Source of the DNA: Nitrososphaerales archaeon
GTDB taxonomy: Archaea > Thermoproteota > Nitrososphaeria > Nitrososphaerales > Nitrososphaeraceae
Direction: 5' to 3'
Length of the DNA: 46,700 bases
Assembly (NCBI GenBank): GCA_032155045.1
Contig: JALDXL010000001.1
Coordinates: 1-46,700 of the forward strand
Positions 19,346-29,359 of this stretch are shown piece after piece. Numbering within the stretch: the first letter of the stretch is position 1; each line of letters begins with the position of its first letter. Made by a program: the position numbers and the translations under genes. Below the pieces are notes generated by a model. It was given only the letters and a program-made list of their open reading frames with translations. It did no database searches and was not told where the DNA came from.

Positions 19346-20752
19346 CTAAATGGTATTACCTATACTTGAATACTTGTCTAACATAATGTTATCTTTATTA
19401 ATTATGCCTCTGCCGTCATAAAGTGGTATATTTTGAAGTTTATTAAAAGGCAATTTTTTATATTCGTCATGATCTGCAATAATCATAATTAAATTTGTTT
19501 CTTTAATAGATTCAGAGAAGTTGTTAAATAGATGAATATTATCGTATTTTGAAATAAATTTATCGTTTTTAACAAGTGGATCATGCACTCTTATTTCTTT
19601 GACCTTTAATTTGCGTAATTCTTTAACTACCTCATAGGTGGGAGATAGTCTGGTATCTGATACACCACCCCTAAAAGCCAACCCTAAAAGTGTGATTTTC
19701 GAAGATCGTACTTTTTTTGAATTTAATAATCGTATTGCCTGTCTAACACAGTATTTAGGCATAGAATTATTGAGTGATCGACTATATTTTGTCAAATTAC
19801 AATCAACTTTAATGGATTTAGCAGTTTTGAGGATAAATTGAGGGTAAACAGGAATACACGCACCTCCTACTCCTATTCCAGGTTTATGAATATGGCAAAA
19901 TGGTTGAGAATTAGCTGCTTCCCGTACTTCCCAAAAATTAATTCCCAATTTTTCAGAAAATATTGCTAATTCATTAGCTAATGCAATATTAACATCTCTG
20001 TATACTCCTTCAAATAATTTCTCGGTTTCTGCTGATTTGATCGTGCCCATTGATATTATTCCTTTTTGATATATAATTGAAAATAATTTAGTACCCATCT
20101 CTAGACTTTTCTTTCCATATCCAGATACAATTCCATGATATCGTTCTTCTATATCTTCGATAGCTCTTCCCTCATAGATACGTTCTGGATTATATATAAC
20201 AAAAAAATCGTCTTCGACTTTTAAATGACTCTGTTTTTGTAGAATCGGAATGACAATTTTTTCAGTTGTTCCAGGTGGTACGCTTGGATTAAGTGTTACA
20301 ATATCATTTTTTTTTAAACCTTTTCCTATTGCCGTAGCTACATTTTTAACTGCTGATAGTTCAGCTGTTCCATCAGCAGCTAATACGGGAACACATATCA
20401 TCTTTAAAAATGAATCGCGTGAAGCTTTTATCAAGTCATCGTAGACAAAAAATTTTTGATTAACAAGACCCTTTTTATATGCCTCACTTACTCCTGGTTC
20501 TGGTATATGTGTATTTCCATCTCTAGCTTTTTGCAAAATAGACTGAGATTTATCAACACCAATTACAGATGCTCCTGCACGTAACCATGCAGCAGCGATT
20601 GGAGAACCGACATGTCCTAATCCGTAAACAGCTACTTTAAAATCTCCTGACTGGATTTTGTTTGGTAAGGTTGATAGGAAAGTTGAAAAATTATTATCCA
20701 AGGTTATATTATCATTATGAGTGATTGTTCTTTTTGAATATTTTTTTTTCAT
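19346..20752 (-). CDS. Nucleotide-sugar dehydrogenase (UDP-ManNAc/UDP-GlcNAc dehydrogenase family)
   Basis: GLGHVG, S.V.PGTT, PER...G, K..E..YRDVNIALANE, PG.GVGG.CIP, D.R.SP. Confidence 0.92.
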   Translation of the reverse strand: MKKKYSKRTITHNDNITLDNNFSTFLSTLPNKIQSGDFKVAVYGLGHVGSPIAAAWLRAGASVIGVDKSQSILQKARDGNTHIPEPGVSEAYKKGLVNQKFFVYDDLIKASRDSFLKMICVPVLAADGTAELSAVKNVATAIGKGLKKNDIVTLNPSVPPGTTEKIVIPILQKQSHLKVEDDFFVIYNPERIYEGRAIEDIEERYHGIVSGYGKKSLEMGTKLFSIIYQKGIISMGTIKSAETEKLFEGVYRDVNIALANELAIFSEKLGINFWEVREAANSQPFCHIHKPGIGVGGACIPVYPQFILKTAKSIKVDCNLTKYSRSLNNSMPKYCVRQAIRLLNSKKVRSSKITLLGLAFRGGVSDTRLSPTYEVVKELRKLKVKEIRVHDPLVKNDKFISKYDNIHLFNNFSESIKETNLIMIIADHDEYKKLPFNKLQNIPLYDGRGIINKDNIMLDKYSSIGNTI

Positions 20753-20833
20753 AAATTTTTAGAATATAATGCATTATTTGTTTTTTTTTAATTTTTCAAA
20801 CTCTGATAAATAATCATAAATAATTTATCACCC

Positions 20834-21901
20834 ATGTGTTTATTGAAATTGTTGTCCAAGATAATAGATTCTGATGATTACTCTATATGCACTCTTGGTT
20901 CTCATTGTTCACTACAAGTTCTAAAGGGAGCTAAAGATGAGGGTTTTAGGACAGTTCTAATATGTGAAAAAAAAAGATCCGATCTATACAAAAGATATAA
21001 TTTTATTGATGAATTATTTTTTCTTGATAAATTTCGAGATTTATTAAAAAAAGATGTTCAACAAAAGTTAAACGATGAAAGAATAATTTTAATTCCACAT
21101 GGTACACTAATATCCAATCTGGAATATACTGAATTGGAAAAAATTCAGTTACCAATTTTTGGTAATAAATGGATACTACGATGGGAAGCGGACAGAGAAT
21201 TAAAACAAAGGTTGATGAATGAATCACACTTTAACACACCTAGACAAATAAACGGCAAAAAAGAAATTAAAAATTTGTGCATAGTTAAATTACACGGTGC
21301 AGCAGGTGGTAAGGGTTATTTTCTGGCATGGGATGAAAAAAGTTTTGATGAAAGATGTCAGAATTTAATCGAACAAAAACTAATCAAAACAGAAAATGAG
21401 TTGTATATTCAAGAATTTATTGTAGGAGTACCTATTTTTTTACAATTCTTTTACTCGCCATTATCAAATAATGTCGAACTTTTAGGTATAGATCGCAGAT
21501 ATGAAACAGATATTGATGGGATTGGAAGAATACCTTCTTATATCCAGAATAAATTACTTTTTAATCCAACTTATAATGTAATTGGTAACTTTCCTGTTGT
21601 TCTGAGGGAATCACTATTACAAGAAGTTTTTCTAATGGCCGAAAATTTTGTGGAAACATCAAGAAAACTGGTAACTCCTGGAATGCCTGGACCGTTTTGT
21701 ATAGAAGGGGTTTATGATAGAGATGGTAAATTTGTGACTTTTGAATTCTCAGCCAGAATAGTTGCAGGAACCAATCTCTATATCCAAGGTTCACCCTATT
21801 CAGATCTCCTTTATAATGAACCTATGAGCATGGGAAGAAGAATATCTAGAGAAATCAAAGAAGCAATTCAATTAAATAGGCTAAATGAATTGATAACTTA
21901 A
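20834..21901 (+). CDS. purP: Formate--phosphoribosylaminoimidazolecarboxamide ligase family (ATP-grasp)
   Basis: TLGSH.SLQ.L.GAK.EGF, GA.GG.GYF, D.RYE..IDG, GN.P...RESL, FE.SARIVAGTN, MGRRI.REI. Confidence 0.93.
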   Translation: MCLLKLLSKIIDSDDYSICTLGSHCSLQVLKGAKDEGFRTVLICEKKRSDLYKRYNFIDELFFLDKFRDLLKKDVQQKLNDERIILIPHGTLISNLEYTELEKIQLPIFGNKWILRWEADRELKQRLMNESHFNTPRQINGKKEIKNLCIVKLHGAAGGKGYFLAWDEKSFDERCQNLIEQKLIKTENELYIQEFIVGVPIFLQFFYSPLSNNVELLGIDRRYETDIDGIGRIPSYIQNKLLFNPTYNVIGNFPVVLRESLLQEVFLMAENFVETSRKLVTPGMPGPFCIEGVYDRDGKFVTFEFSARIVAGTNLYIQGSPYSDLLYNEPMSMGRRISREIKEAIQLNRLNELIT

Positions 21902-21908
21902 TCGAGTT

Positions 21909-22406
21909 TTATCCCCCAGTTAGTCTTGTAAATTGATTTCTTTTTTTTGATTTAAAAATATAATCCAAATTTGCTAAAGCAACAACAGCAGATTTTTTTA
22001 CTTCTTCACTTAAATCATTTAACGCCTCGATCAGGATCATTCTAGCATCCTCAGATCCAATTACTCCTAATGCTACTGCTGCCTCATGTCTAACAAAAAT
22101 ACTTGAATCATTCTTTAAAGCATAAGATAATGGTTTTATTCCAGTAGTGAAACCTAACTGACCAAGAGAAAATGCTGCTTCATGTCTAACTAGTTCATCA
22201 GCATCTTTTTCAAGGACTTTACTTATTGTGTCAATAGCCTTACCTCCACCAATTTCTGCCATTATACAAATTGCCCTAGTTCTTATGACATGATCATGAT
22301 GAAAAGCTAATTCATCAAAGAATTCAAGATTTTTATTGTTAAATTGATTTTCCATTTCCTCCAATACTAATAGTCTATCATAATTCTGTTGTGAATAATT
22401 ATTCAA
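21909..22406 (-). CDS. HEAT/PBS-lyase repeat protein (deoxyhypusine hydroxylase-like VRHEAA repeats)
   Basis: Two VRHEAA..LG repeats. Confidence 0.88.
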   Translation of the reverse strand: MNNYSQQNYDRLLVLEEMENQFNNKNLEFFDELAFHHDHVIRTRAICIMAEIGGGKAIDTISKVLEKDADELVRHEAAFSLGQLGFTTGIKPLSYALKNDSSIFVRHEAAVALGVIGSEDARMILIEALNDLSEEVKKSAVVALANLDYIFKSKKRNQFTRLTGG

Positions 22407-22469
22407 ATCACAGGTATTATTAACAATATAGATTTAATCCTTATTATTTATATTCATAGGTTATTATAC

Positions 22470-22952
22470 TTGAGCATATCAAGAATTAATATGCGTGTAA
22501 GATATTGGCATCTCACTATACCAGAAACTTTAAATGCAAAATATCCTCTCGATAAGGTAAATCATTGGGAAATAAAGTGTTTATACGGTGATCATGAACA
22601 TTTTGGTATATTTTGGTATAAATACGGTACTCCTTTTGACAAGGAACCGATCCACGGAATATGTTTTTATTATAACGAGGTTCCAGAGAAAATTGTTAAC
22701 GAAATAACTGATTATATTGTATCAAAATTTGGTGGAAAAATTTTACGTAGGCAAACAAGAGTATTTCTGGAAGGATCTGAAGAGGTAAATGATCCTAAAA
22801 TTATTGGAAATCTTGCTAACGAAATAAGTTTAAAATTTTCGATTCCAGTAGAAATAACCCTAGAATTTGAAAAAATTTCCAAAGAGGAAATAGATAATAA
22901 TACATTCAATTTTCCTTCGAATAAAGTATTACCTATAGTAGGTATCGATTAA
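22470..22952 (+). CDS. Hypothetical protein (start possibly ATG 22491)
   Basis: Long ORF with protein-like composition, divergent from the HEAT gene. Confidence 0.75.
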   Translation: MSISRINMRVRYWHLTIPETLNAKYPLDKVNHWEIKCLYGDHEHFGIFWYKYGTPFDKEPIHGICFYYNEVPEKIVNEITDYIVSKFGGKILRRQTRVFLEGSEEVNDPKIIGNLANEISLKFSIPVEITLEFEKISKEEIDNNTFNFPSNKVLPIVGID

Positions 22953-22992
22953 ATAACAGAACAAAACTTGAAAAAGGAACGTATTAACAAAA

Positions 22993-23403
22993 TTAATCTA
23001 CATATTTTAAAATTGAGTTTAGCTTGTTGATTAAAATAGACATACTTACAGGTTTGCTAATAAAATCTAGCACATCTAATGAAGGAATAACTTTCGTGAA
23101 TTCTTCTTTGTTAATTTCAAAAGCTGTTATAAATACAATTTTCATCTGAGGATTATTTTCTTTAATCCTGCGATAAAGTTCAAACCCATTAATTTTAGGC
23201 ATTCTGATATCAGTTAAAACCAAATCATAGTAGTCATTAGGTTTTTTCTTTAATGATTCCAAAGCATTTTCTGCGTCAATAAAAGTATCTACTTGAAATC
23301 GATTTTTTAATTCAAGCCCTCTTTTTATAATAGATAATATATCTCGTTCATCGTCAACAACCATTATTCTAGGGGATATATTATTAATATTGGAGAGGTC
23401 CAC
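22993..23403 (-). CDS. Single-domain response regulator receiver
   Basis: VVDDE, DLVLTDIRMP.INGFEL, ITA, KP. Confidence 0.93.
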   Translation of the reverse strand: MDLSNINNISPRIMVVDDERDILSIIKRGLELKNRFQVDTFIDAENALESLKKKPNDYYDLVLTDIRMPKINGFELYRRIKENNPQMKIVFITAFEINKEEFTKVIPSLDVLDFISKPVSMSILINKLNSILKYVD

Positions 23404-23543
23404 GCCTATTTTAATTAGAGAATCCTACTAAAAATGTTATCTATTTCATTAAATGGTAAATAATTTTAGAATTAATATCAAGATCATGATTAAAATAAAT
23501 TTAAATTGTAATATTGATATATAAGTAACTTATTTTTTATCAA

Positions 23544-24008
23544 ATGAGTCAACAGAATATAGATGCGATGAAGCTAATCTGTGATGAAAATATTCACGCT
23601 TTTAATGAATTTCGTCTACATAACCTTACCTTTATTCCAGACCTGAGCCACCAGGATCTATCCGGTAAGGACCTTTCGTTTGCCTATCTCAATGGAGCAA
23701 AATGCACTCAAACTAATTTTTCGAAAAGTATATTGAAAAAAACAAATTTAGTTCAAGCTGAACTTGATAGTTGCAATTTTAAAGAGGCAGACCTTACTGA
23801 GACATTATTTATGTATGCTGAAATGCAGAACTGTAATTTACAAATGTGTAATATGAATAGAACTAATTTCATGTGGGCTAATTTACAATATGCAGATTTA
23901 TCTGGAAGCAAAGCTTCAGATACAATTTTAGTCGAAGCGAATTTAAAATCATGTATATTAAAAAATTTTAACAAGGAGAAGGCATTTCTAAAATATGCCA
24001 AGATTTGA
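23544..24008 (+). CDS. Pentapeptide repeat protein
   Basis: Tandem A[D/N]L.. repeats (AYLNG, TNFSK, AELDS, ADLTE, ANLQY, ADLSG). Confidence 0.92.
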   Translation: MSQQNIDAMKLICDENIHAFNEFRLHNLTFIPDLSHQDLSGKDLSFAYLNGAKCTQTNFSKSILKKTNLVQAELDSCNFKEADLTETLFMYAEMQNCNLQMCNMNRTNFMWANLQYADLSGSKASDTILVEANLKSCILKNFNKEKAFLKYAKI

Positions 24009-24080
24009 ATCAAATAATAATGGTAATATATTTCAATAAAAAAATTAATTTAGTTTGTAATAGATAACTCAATAGTATAT

Positions 24081-24326
24081 ATGAATGATAGAAAGCCCAT
24101 ATTATTAGTAAATGATACATTAGAATCTCGACAGGTAAAAGATCTATTGGTTGCAAACAAGATAATTTTTATTGAATACGATATTAAAAAGTTTGGAGGA
24201 GATTGTTGCGCTCATCTACAAACAACACAAGCTCCTAGTATTTTTGCTCCAGAAGGGGCTTACAAAGGAAAAGATGCCATTGAAAAATACATTACAAATC
24301 TACGAATATCTAAAATAAAGATATAG
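24081..24326 (+). CDS. Small glutaredoxin-fold-like protein
   Basis: S..VK..L....I.F.EYD, cis-Pro-like APSIF, GxYKG...I..Y. Confidence 0.6.
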   Translation: MNDRKPILLVNDTLESRQVKDLLVANKIIFIEYDIKKFGGDCCAHLQTTQAPSIFAPEGAYKGKDAIEKYITNLRISKIKI

Positions 24327-24452
24327 TAAAAACCAATTTATTTAGAATATTCACGAAATAAAACAGATACCTAATCGAGCCTATCAAATTTACCAATGAT
24401 TTACAAACAAAAGTAATGTTTTTTATACCGTTAAAAAAGAAATTTTGTCATA

Positions 24453-24992
24453 TTGATGGATCAAAATATAGATTGGAAATCGTTAATCACAAATTATGAT
24501 CACTTTCCAAAACAAGGTGTAGTATTTAGAGATATTAATCCTTTATTTAGAAATGCTAACGCATTGCAAGAAATCTCCCGAGAATTTATAAAACCTGAAG
24601 AAGTACCTAAATTCGATTTAATAGCAGGAATTGAATCACGTGGATTTACCGTAGCATCATTATTAGCAGGTAATTTCGAAAAAGGAATGGTTCTGGTAAG
24701 AAAAATAGGAAAACTTCCTGGCAAAACTCGAACAAAAAAATATGATATTGAATATGGTAGCTCAATAATTGAAATTCAGGAAGATGCTATTAAAAAAGGT
24801 CAGAAAATTCTAATTGCTGATGATTTAATTGCTACGGGAGGAACTGCTTTGGCAACAGCTCAATTAGTTGAAGAGATGGGAGGTATAATTTTTGGATTCG
24901 CAGTAGTTATAGAATTAGTTTATCTAAAAGGTGCTGATTTGCTTAGAAACAAAGGTTATGATGTCCGTTCTTTGGTGAAATATTATGATTGA
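24453..24992 (+). CDS. apt: Adenine phosphoribosyltransferase
   Basis: FP..GV.FRDI, GIESRGF, RK.GKLPG, Y..EYG, ADDLIATGGT. Confidence 0.95.
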   Translation: MMDQNIDWKSLITNYDHFPKQGVVFRDINPLFRNANALQEISREFIKPEEVPKFDLIAGIESRGFTVASLLAGNFEKGMVLVRKIGKLPGKTRTKKYDIEYGSSIIEIQEDAIKKGQKILIADDLIATGGTALATAQLVEEMGGIIFGFAVVIELVYLKGADLLRNKGYDVRSLVKYYD

Positions 24993-25794
24993 AAATATGG
25001 AAAAATTAGCAGAGATCGGAATAATAGGAGGCACAGGTATTTATGATTCTACTATCTTTACCATTATTGATGAAATTAAAATTGATACACCGTATGGAGA
25101 AACATCTGATAAAGTAACGATTTGTAAATATAATGAGAAGAGTATTGCATTTATTCCTCGGCATGGTAAAAATCATCGAATTCCTCCTCACAAAATTAAT
25201 TATCAAGCTAACATCTATGCGATGAAAAAACTAGGTGTTAACGTAATTTTAGCACCTTCCGCAGTAGGAAGTCTTAAAATAGAATATAAACCAGGAGATA
25301 TAGTTTTACCTGATCAATTCATAGATTTTACTAAAAAAAGAAATTATACCTTTTATGATGGTCCAAAAGTTTGCCATATTTCACAAGCTGAACCATTCTG
25401 CCCAGATTTAAGAAGTATCATAATAAAAAATTTAGAACAATTAAATTACAAACATCATCCACTTGGAACATATATCTGCATAGAAGGACCTAGATTTTCT
25501 ACTAAAGCTGAATCAAACTTTTATAGAACTTTAATTAATGCAGATATAATTGGTATGACATTAATCCCAGAATGCATTTTAGCAAAGGAAATGGAAATGT
25601 GTTATGTATCTATTTCAACAGTAACTGATTTCGATGTTTGGTCAGAAGTCTCTGTAAGTTCAAAAGAAATTATTGAAACATTAAAACATAATGTGGATAA
25701 AATTAAAAAATTGTTATTGATGATCATTCCTAATATATCTAATGAGAGAAATGCGTGTAGTTGTTCTAAATCATTAGAAAATGCATTAGTTTAA
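24985..25794 (+). CDS. mtnP: S-methyl-5'-thioadenosine phosphorylase
   Basis: IGIIGGTG, TPYG, RHG..H.IPPH.INY.AN, AVGSL, DQFID.T, EGPRFST.AES, GMT..PE, VTD.D. Confidence 0.93.
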   Translation: MIENMEKLAEIGIIGGTGIYDSTIFTIIDEIKIDTPYGETSDKVTICKYNEKSIAFIPRHGKNHRIPPHKINYQANIYAMKKLGVNVILAPSAVGSLKIEYKPGDIVLPDQFIDFTKKRNYTFYDGPKVCHISQAEPFCPDLRSIIIKNLEQLNYKHHPLGTYICIEGPRFSTKAESNFYRTLINADIIGMTLIPECILAKEMEMCYVSISTVTDFDVWSEVSVSSKEIIETLKHNVDKIKKLLLMIIPNISNERNACSCSKSLENALV

Positions 25795-25881
25795 TTTTCA
25801 TTCAAATTATTTTATTTTGTATGAGATCTTATTAACCATAATTATGCGTGAAATGCAATAGTGTATAATTTCGTTGTAAAT

Positions 25882-26181
25882 CTAATTCATATTGTTTCCA
25901 TTATGTAGAATGTTAACATCACCTTCGATTAATTTTCTCTGAATTATAAGTTGTAATTTTTCTGAATCAATATTCATTTTTTTTAATTTATTAATAGATA
26001 AATTCGATAATTTTAAATTTATATTATGTCCACCTATTCTTCCAAATGCAATAGCAGAAAATTTGAAACTAACACCATTAACAATAAAGTAACCATTTAA
26101 TTTACTCGCAACCTCTCCCCCTGAAGATTTTGTTACGAAAACTTCTACTTTGTAATCGTTGTTAGAGTTAAATTCATACAT
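25882..26181 (-). CDS. Hypothetical protein
   Basis: Tightly packed three-gene run; F.AIAFGRIGG.N motif. Confidence 0.75.
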   Translation of the reverse strand: MYEFNSNNDYKVEVFVTKSSGGEVASKLNGYFIVNGVSFKFSAIAFGRIGGHNINLKLSNLSINKLKKMNIDSEKLQLIIQRKLIEGDVNILHNGNNMN

Positions 26182-26184
26182 TAT

Positions 26185-26598
26185 TTAGAACTCTTTAGTA
26201 ATTTCTATGCTCTTATTAATATTGTTTTCAATAAGAAAACTCCACCAATCATGATCAACTAAATGATAGTCTTTGACATTGCTAGTAATAATGGTTTCAT
26301 CATCTGTATCATAAAAGATAAATTTTCCATCTTTTAAAATTTTTATTAATTTCCATCTGTCTTTACCAAGCCTATTTTTATTTACAGCTATTGCCCACTT
26401 GTGACCTTTATCAATTTTAGGCATACCGATATAATCTGCTATATCAATAATACCTAACCTTTTCTCTTCGCAAAAAAGTTCTTTTGTAATAGCACTTCTC
26501 CATATGTCTATGGCTCCAATATTTTTACCATATTCATTTATATTCATTACACCAAAGTAAACTATTTTATCATTTGAAGAGTCATTTGTACTCATCAA
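26185..26598 (-). CDS. Hypothetical protein
   Basis: ATG start, 3 nt from the next gene, protein-like composition. Confidence 0.75.
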   Translation of the reverse strand: MMSTNDSSNDKIVYFGVMNINEYGKNIGAIDIWRSAITKELFCEEKRLGIIDIADYIGMPKIDKGHKWAIAVNKNRLGKDRWKLIKILKDGKFIFYDTDDETIITSNVKDYHLVDHDWWSFLIENNINKSIEITKEF

Positions 26599-26616
26599 AA
26601 TATTTTTTATTAATCC

Positions 26617-26976
26617 TTATTTAGTTCTTGCAGCATCAAAAGATTTTTCTAATGATATGGCAAGATTGTCAATTAATAGATTTTTTTTAAATACAGTATT
26701 ATTTTCTATGCACAATGTTTTATATCTATTGATGATAGCAAAACGAGGATGAAAAGTTTCAAATAGATTAATGGAATATTCAATTATCATATTTTTTTTA
26801 ACAAGTGAATTAATTATCTCATTAGAGGTTTGTGTATTCAGATTCAAATTTGAGGAAATTTGTTCTAAAGTCATCATTCCTTTACTGACAAGTAAAAGGA
26901 ATAATTCAATTTCCAAATCTGACAGTTTTAATTCTGTCTTAAAAACATTATAATGCTTATTGTTTATAGATTTCAA
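26617..26976 (-). CDS. TrmB-like winged-helix protein
   Basis: LS..E..LF..L...G.MT..QIS..L..........SL..K.MI. Confidence 0.7.
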   Translation of the reverse strand: MKSINNKHYNVFKTELKLSDLEIELFLLLVSKGMMTLEQISSNLNLNTQTSNEIINSLVKKNMIIEYSINLFETFHPRFAIINRYKTLCIENNTVFKKNLLIDNLAISLEKSFDAARTK

Positions 26977-27070
26977 ATTATTCTCAAATAAAATAAAAAT
27001 TAATTATTGATTTAATTATCTAAATAATTATTTGATCAGAATAATCATGGTATATCAAGATAAAGTCAGA

Positions 27071-27604
27071 TCAGAATTCGTTCATCATATCCAGATAATC
27101 GTCAACAAGATGACCAGTAAAGCTGCTCTGATATTTATTCAAGAGTCTTTGTAGTAATACTTTATCTATTTTAATTTCATAAAAATTTAGTTCATTTTGT
27201 TTACGTACATTGATTATGTTTGCATCCTTTAATCTGGATAAATGCCAAGAGATTGTAGAAGGAACTTTCTTAGTAAATGCCACTATGTCATTGAATCCAC
27301 AAGGTCCAGATTCTAACATATAAATTATAATTTTTCTAGTAGTATTTTGCCGTAAAAGTCCTATAACATTCGATTCAACTGGTGATACATCATGAGAAAA
27401 ATATCTTGTTACTCGATTGTTAACTCTATGAACTCTTACCTTTCCCGAGTTATCAAGATGATTTAAATGATAAGACAAAACTCCATTTGATAATCCAGTA
27501 ATTCTCAAAAGTTCTCTATATCTTATACCTGGGAAATCATTTACAAACTGAATTATTTTCTCTTGAATTGAATTTAATTTAGTATCATATTTATTATTAT
27601 TCAT
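27071..27604 (-). CDS. Tandem winged helix-turn-helix transcriptional regulator
   Basis: PGIRYRELLR.TGLSNGVLSYHL..L and second HTH PSTISWHLSRL. Confidence 0.9.
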   Translation of the reverse strand: MNNNKYDTKLNSIQEKIIQFVNDFPGIRYRELLRITGLSNGVLSYHLNHLDNSGKVRVHRVNNRVTRYFSHDVSPVESNVIGLLRQNTTRKIIIYMLESGPCGFNDIVAFTKKVPSTISWHLSRLKDANIINVRKQNELNFYEIKIDKVLLQRLLNKYQSSFTGHLVDDYLDMMNEF

Positions 27605-27613
27605 ATTAGTAAA

Positions 27614-27712
27614 TCACCATTTGTATTTCAAAAAAGAAATGCTAAAAAGAATTATCATAACTAACAATATAGGAGGAAACACCTCAATATTAACGTGAGG
27701 AATAGATATCAT
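27614..27712 (-). CDS. Putative 32-aa single-pass membrane peptide (below ORF-track cutoff)
   Basis: Manual translation MISIPHVNIEVFPPILLVMIILFSISFLKYKW*; stop 9 nt before the ATG of the HTH regulator. Confidence 0.4.
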   Translation of the reverse strand: MISIPHVNIEVFPPILLVMIILFSISFLKYKW

Positions 27713-28257
27713 AAAATTTTGAGGCTATTAAAACTGTGATGAATATATCACTACCATTAACAATATAGATTCGAGTAAAATAATATACTAAAAATTCTGT
27801 TTTTGAAACAGGTTAGCATTGATGGAAAAAAAAGGAATTGTGAAATAATCTATGGACATTTAAACTTGATAAATCGATTGAGTATGAACAAATATAGATA
27901 GGATAACCGAGGTTACAGACTATGGAAAAAAACCATACAATAATAGTATTAATTATATAAAATTGATATAAATAAAACCAAAGTAGTTGCAATGATTAGA
28001 GAATAGCAATAAAACATCTATGGTTATGATTAAAGTATTATTATTCAATCTTCGAAATAATCCATCTATGCAAGTATTGGAATAAAGTTCTCGCTTGTCT
28101 GAAAAATATTGAGAAGATATTATTCTATAATGTTAAATAAATTCCGTTGTTAGAAAAACAGTTTCTTCTATAAAATATAGAAATTTAAATAAATAACATT
28201 ACAGAATTATAGATTTTTAGAAATCACATTCATGAATAGACATTAACTACAGTCTCA

Positions 28258-28278
28258 GTCCACTAGAATCTACTGGAC
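28258..28278. promoter_or_regulatory. Imperfect 21-bp palindrome, candidate operator
   Basis: GTCCA-c-TAGA-a-TCTA-c-TGGAC in an otherwise very AT-rich intergenic region. Confidence 0.3.
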
Positions 28279-28634
28279 ATTAGTATTTATTTTTACTATT
28301 GTCATTTAATTAAGATTATATCAATAAATAATATTAATCGAGTATGAAAAGAAGTAGTTTAATGATTTAACTTGGTTGGAGTCACAAGTATAAATCTAAT
28401 CAATTCTTTTAAAAAAAAATTTAAAATCTTACTAATAGTAGGTTACAAATACACATATAACTTCAAGTGTTTTAAATTATTTAAAAAAATATTTTTATGC
28501 TAATAGCGAATAAACCACATTACATACAATTTTTTTATAAAATTCTTATTATAAATATAAATATTAGTTATATAAGTTATAAAAAGTGTTGAAATTATAA
28601 AAAATATATAATTAAAAATAGAAAAGGATGAAAA

Positions 28635-29192
28635 TTATTGGTTAGAAGATCTTTCTATTTTTTTAAGGAAATTAAAGAAGTTTTGAATAGAGTCATTATA
28701 ATATTTTTGTGCGATTTCTATAGATTTGTTAAAAGTTTCTGTGGAACCTAATACAACATCATTTATTTTGTTGGTGGTCTCGATAGTAGTATCGGTAATG
28801 GTTTGGTTAGCTTTGTTGTAAATGTCAGCATATCGTTTTGGGGATGTTGCATTCTTACCAAACGATTTAGAAGTGTCACCCAAAAATTTGAATATAAGTG
28901 ACTGATATGTATCTAAAAGATTTTTTTGTAGTTCTACAAAATTATTAGTAATTGTTTGAACTGTATTAATGGTTTCTTGTTGATATTTGTTCGTAGCATC
29001 AGCATTTTTTTCTACGAATTCTTTGGTTCTCTGTTGATTTTCGCTAATATTCTCATTGAATTTGTTTTTAGCATCTGAAATACTATCTGTTAAACTATCA
29101 ATCTGTTGTTTTTGCTGGTCTAAAAATTTTTGTGTTTCTCCTTCATTTTTGGTTTTATTTTGTATATTTTTTTCATTTTCAGAACTTGACAT
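28635..29192 (-). CDS. N/Q/T-rich amphipathic helical protein, phasin-like (Nitrososphaeraceae paralog family)
   Basis: No Cys or Trp; helical repeats such as NNFVELQKN and ETFNKSIEIAQKYY; function is inference. Confidence 0.65.
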   Translation of the reverse strand: MSSSENEKNIQNKTKNEGETQKFLDQQKQQIDSLTDSISDAKNKFNENISENQQRTKEFVEKNADATNKYQQETINTVQTITNNFVELQKNLLDTYQSLIFKFLGDTSKSFGKNATSPKRYADIYNKANQTITDTTIETTNKINDVVLGSTETFNKSIEIAQKYYNDSIQNFFNFLKKIERSSNQ

Positions 29193-29359
29193 ATATGTAA
29201 TTTATAAAATGTTTATCCTCTTTATAAGTAATATTAAATAAAAAAAAGTATTACTAAATTTGTCAATTTAAATAACTAATGCAATAGTTCAAAAGTATTC
29301 CATTTCTAAATAAAATAAAAATAATGCCGTCATATACTTCTAATTTTTTCTAAATCGAT

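Noticed and set aside
27713-28634. Possible eroded gene fragments in the long intergenic region
   Set aside because: Only short open frames with no recognisable motifs
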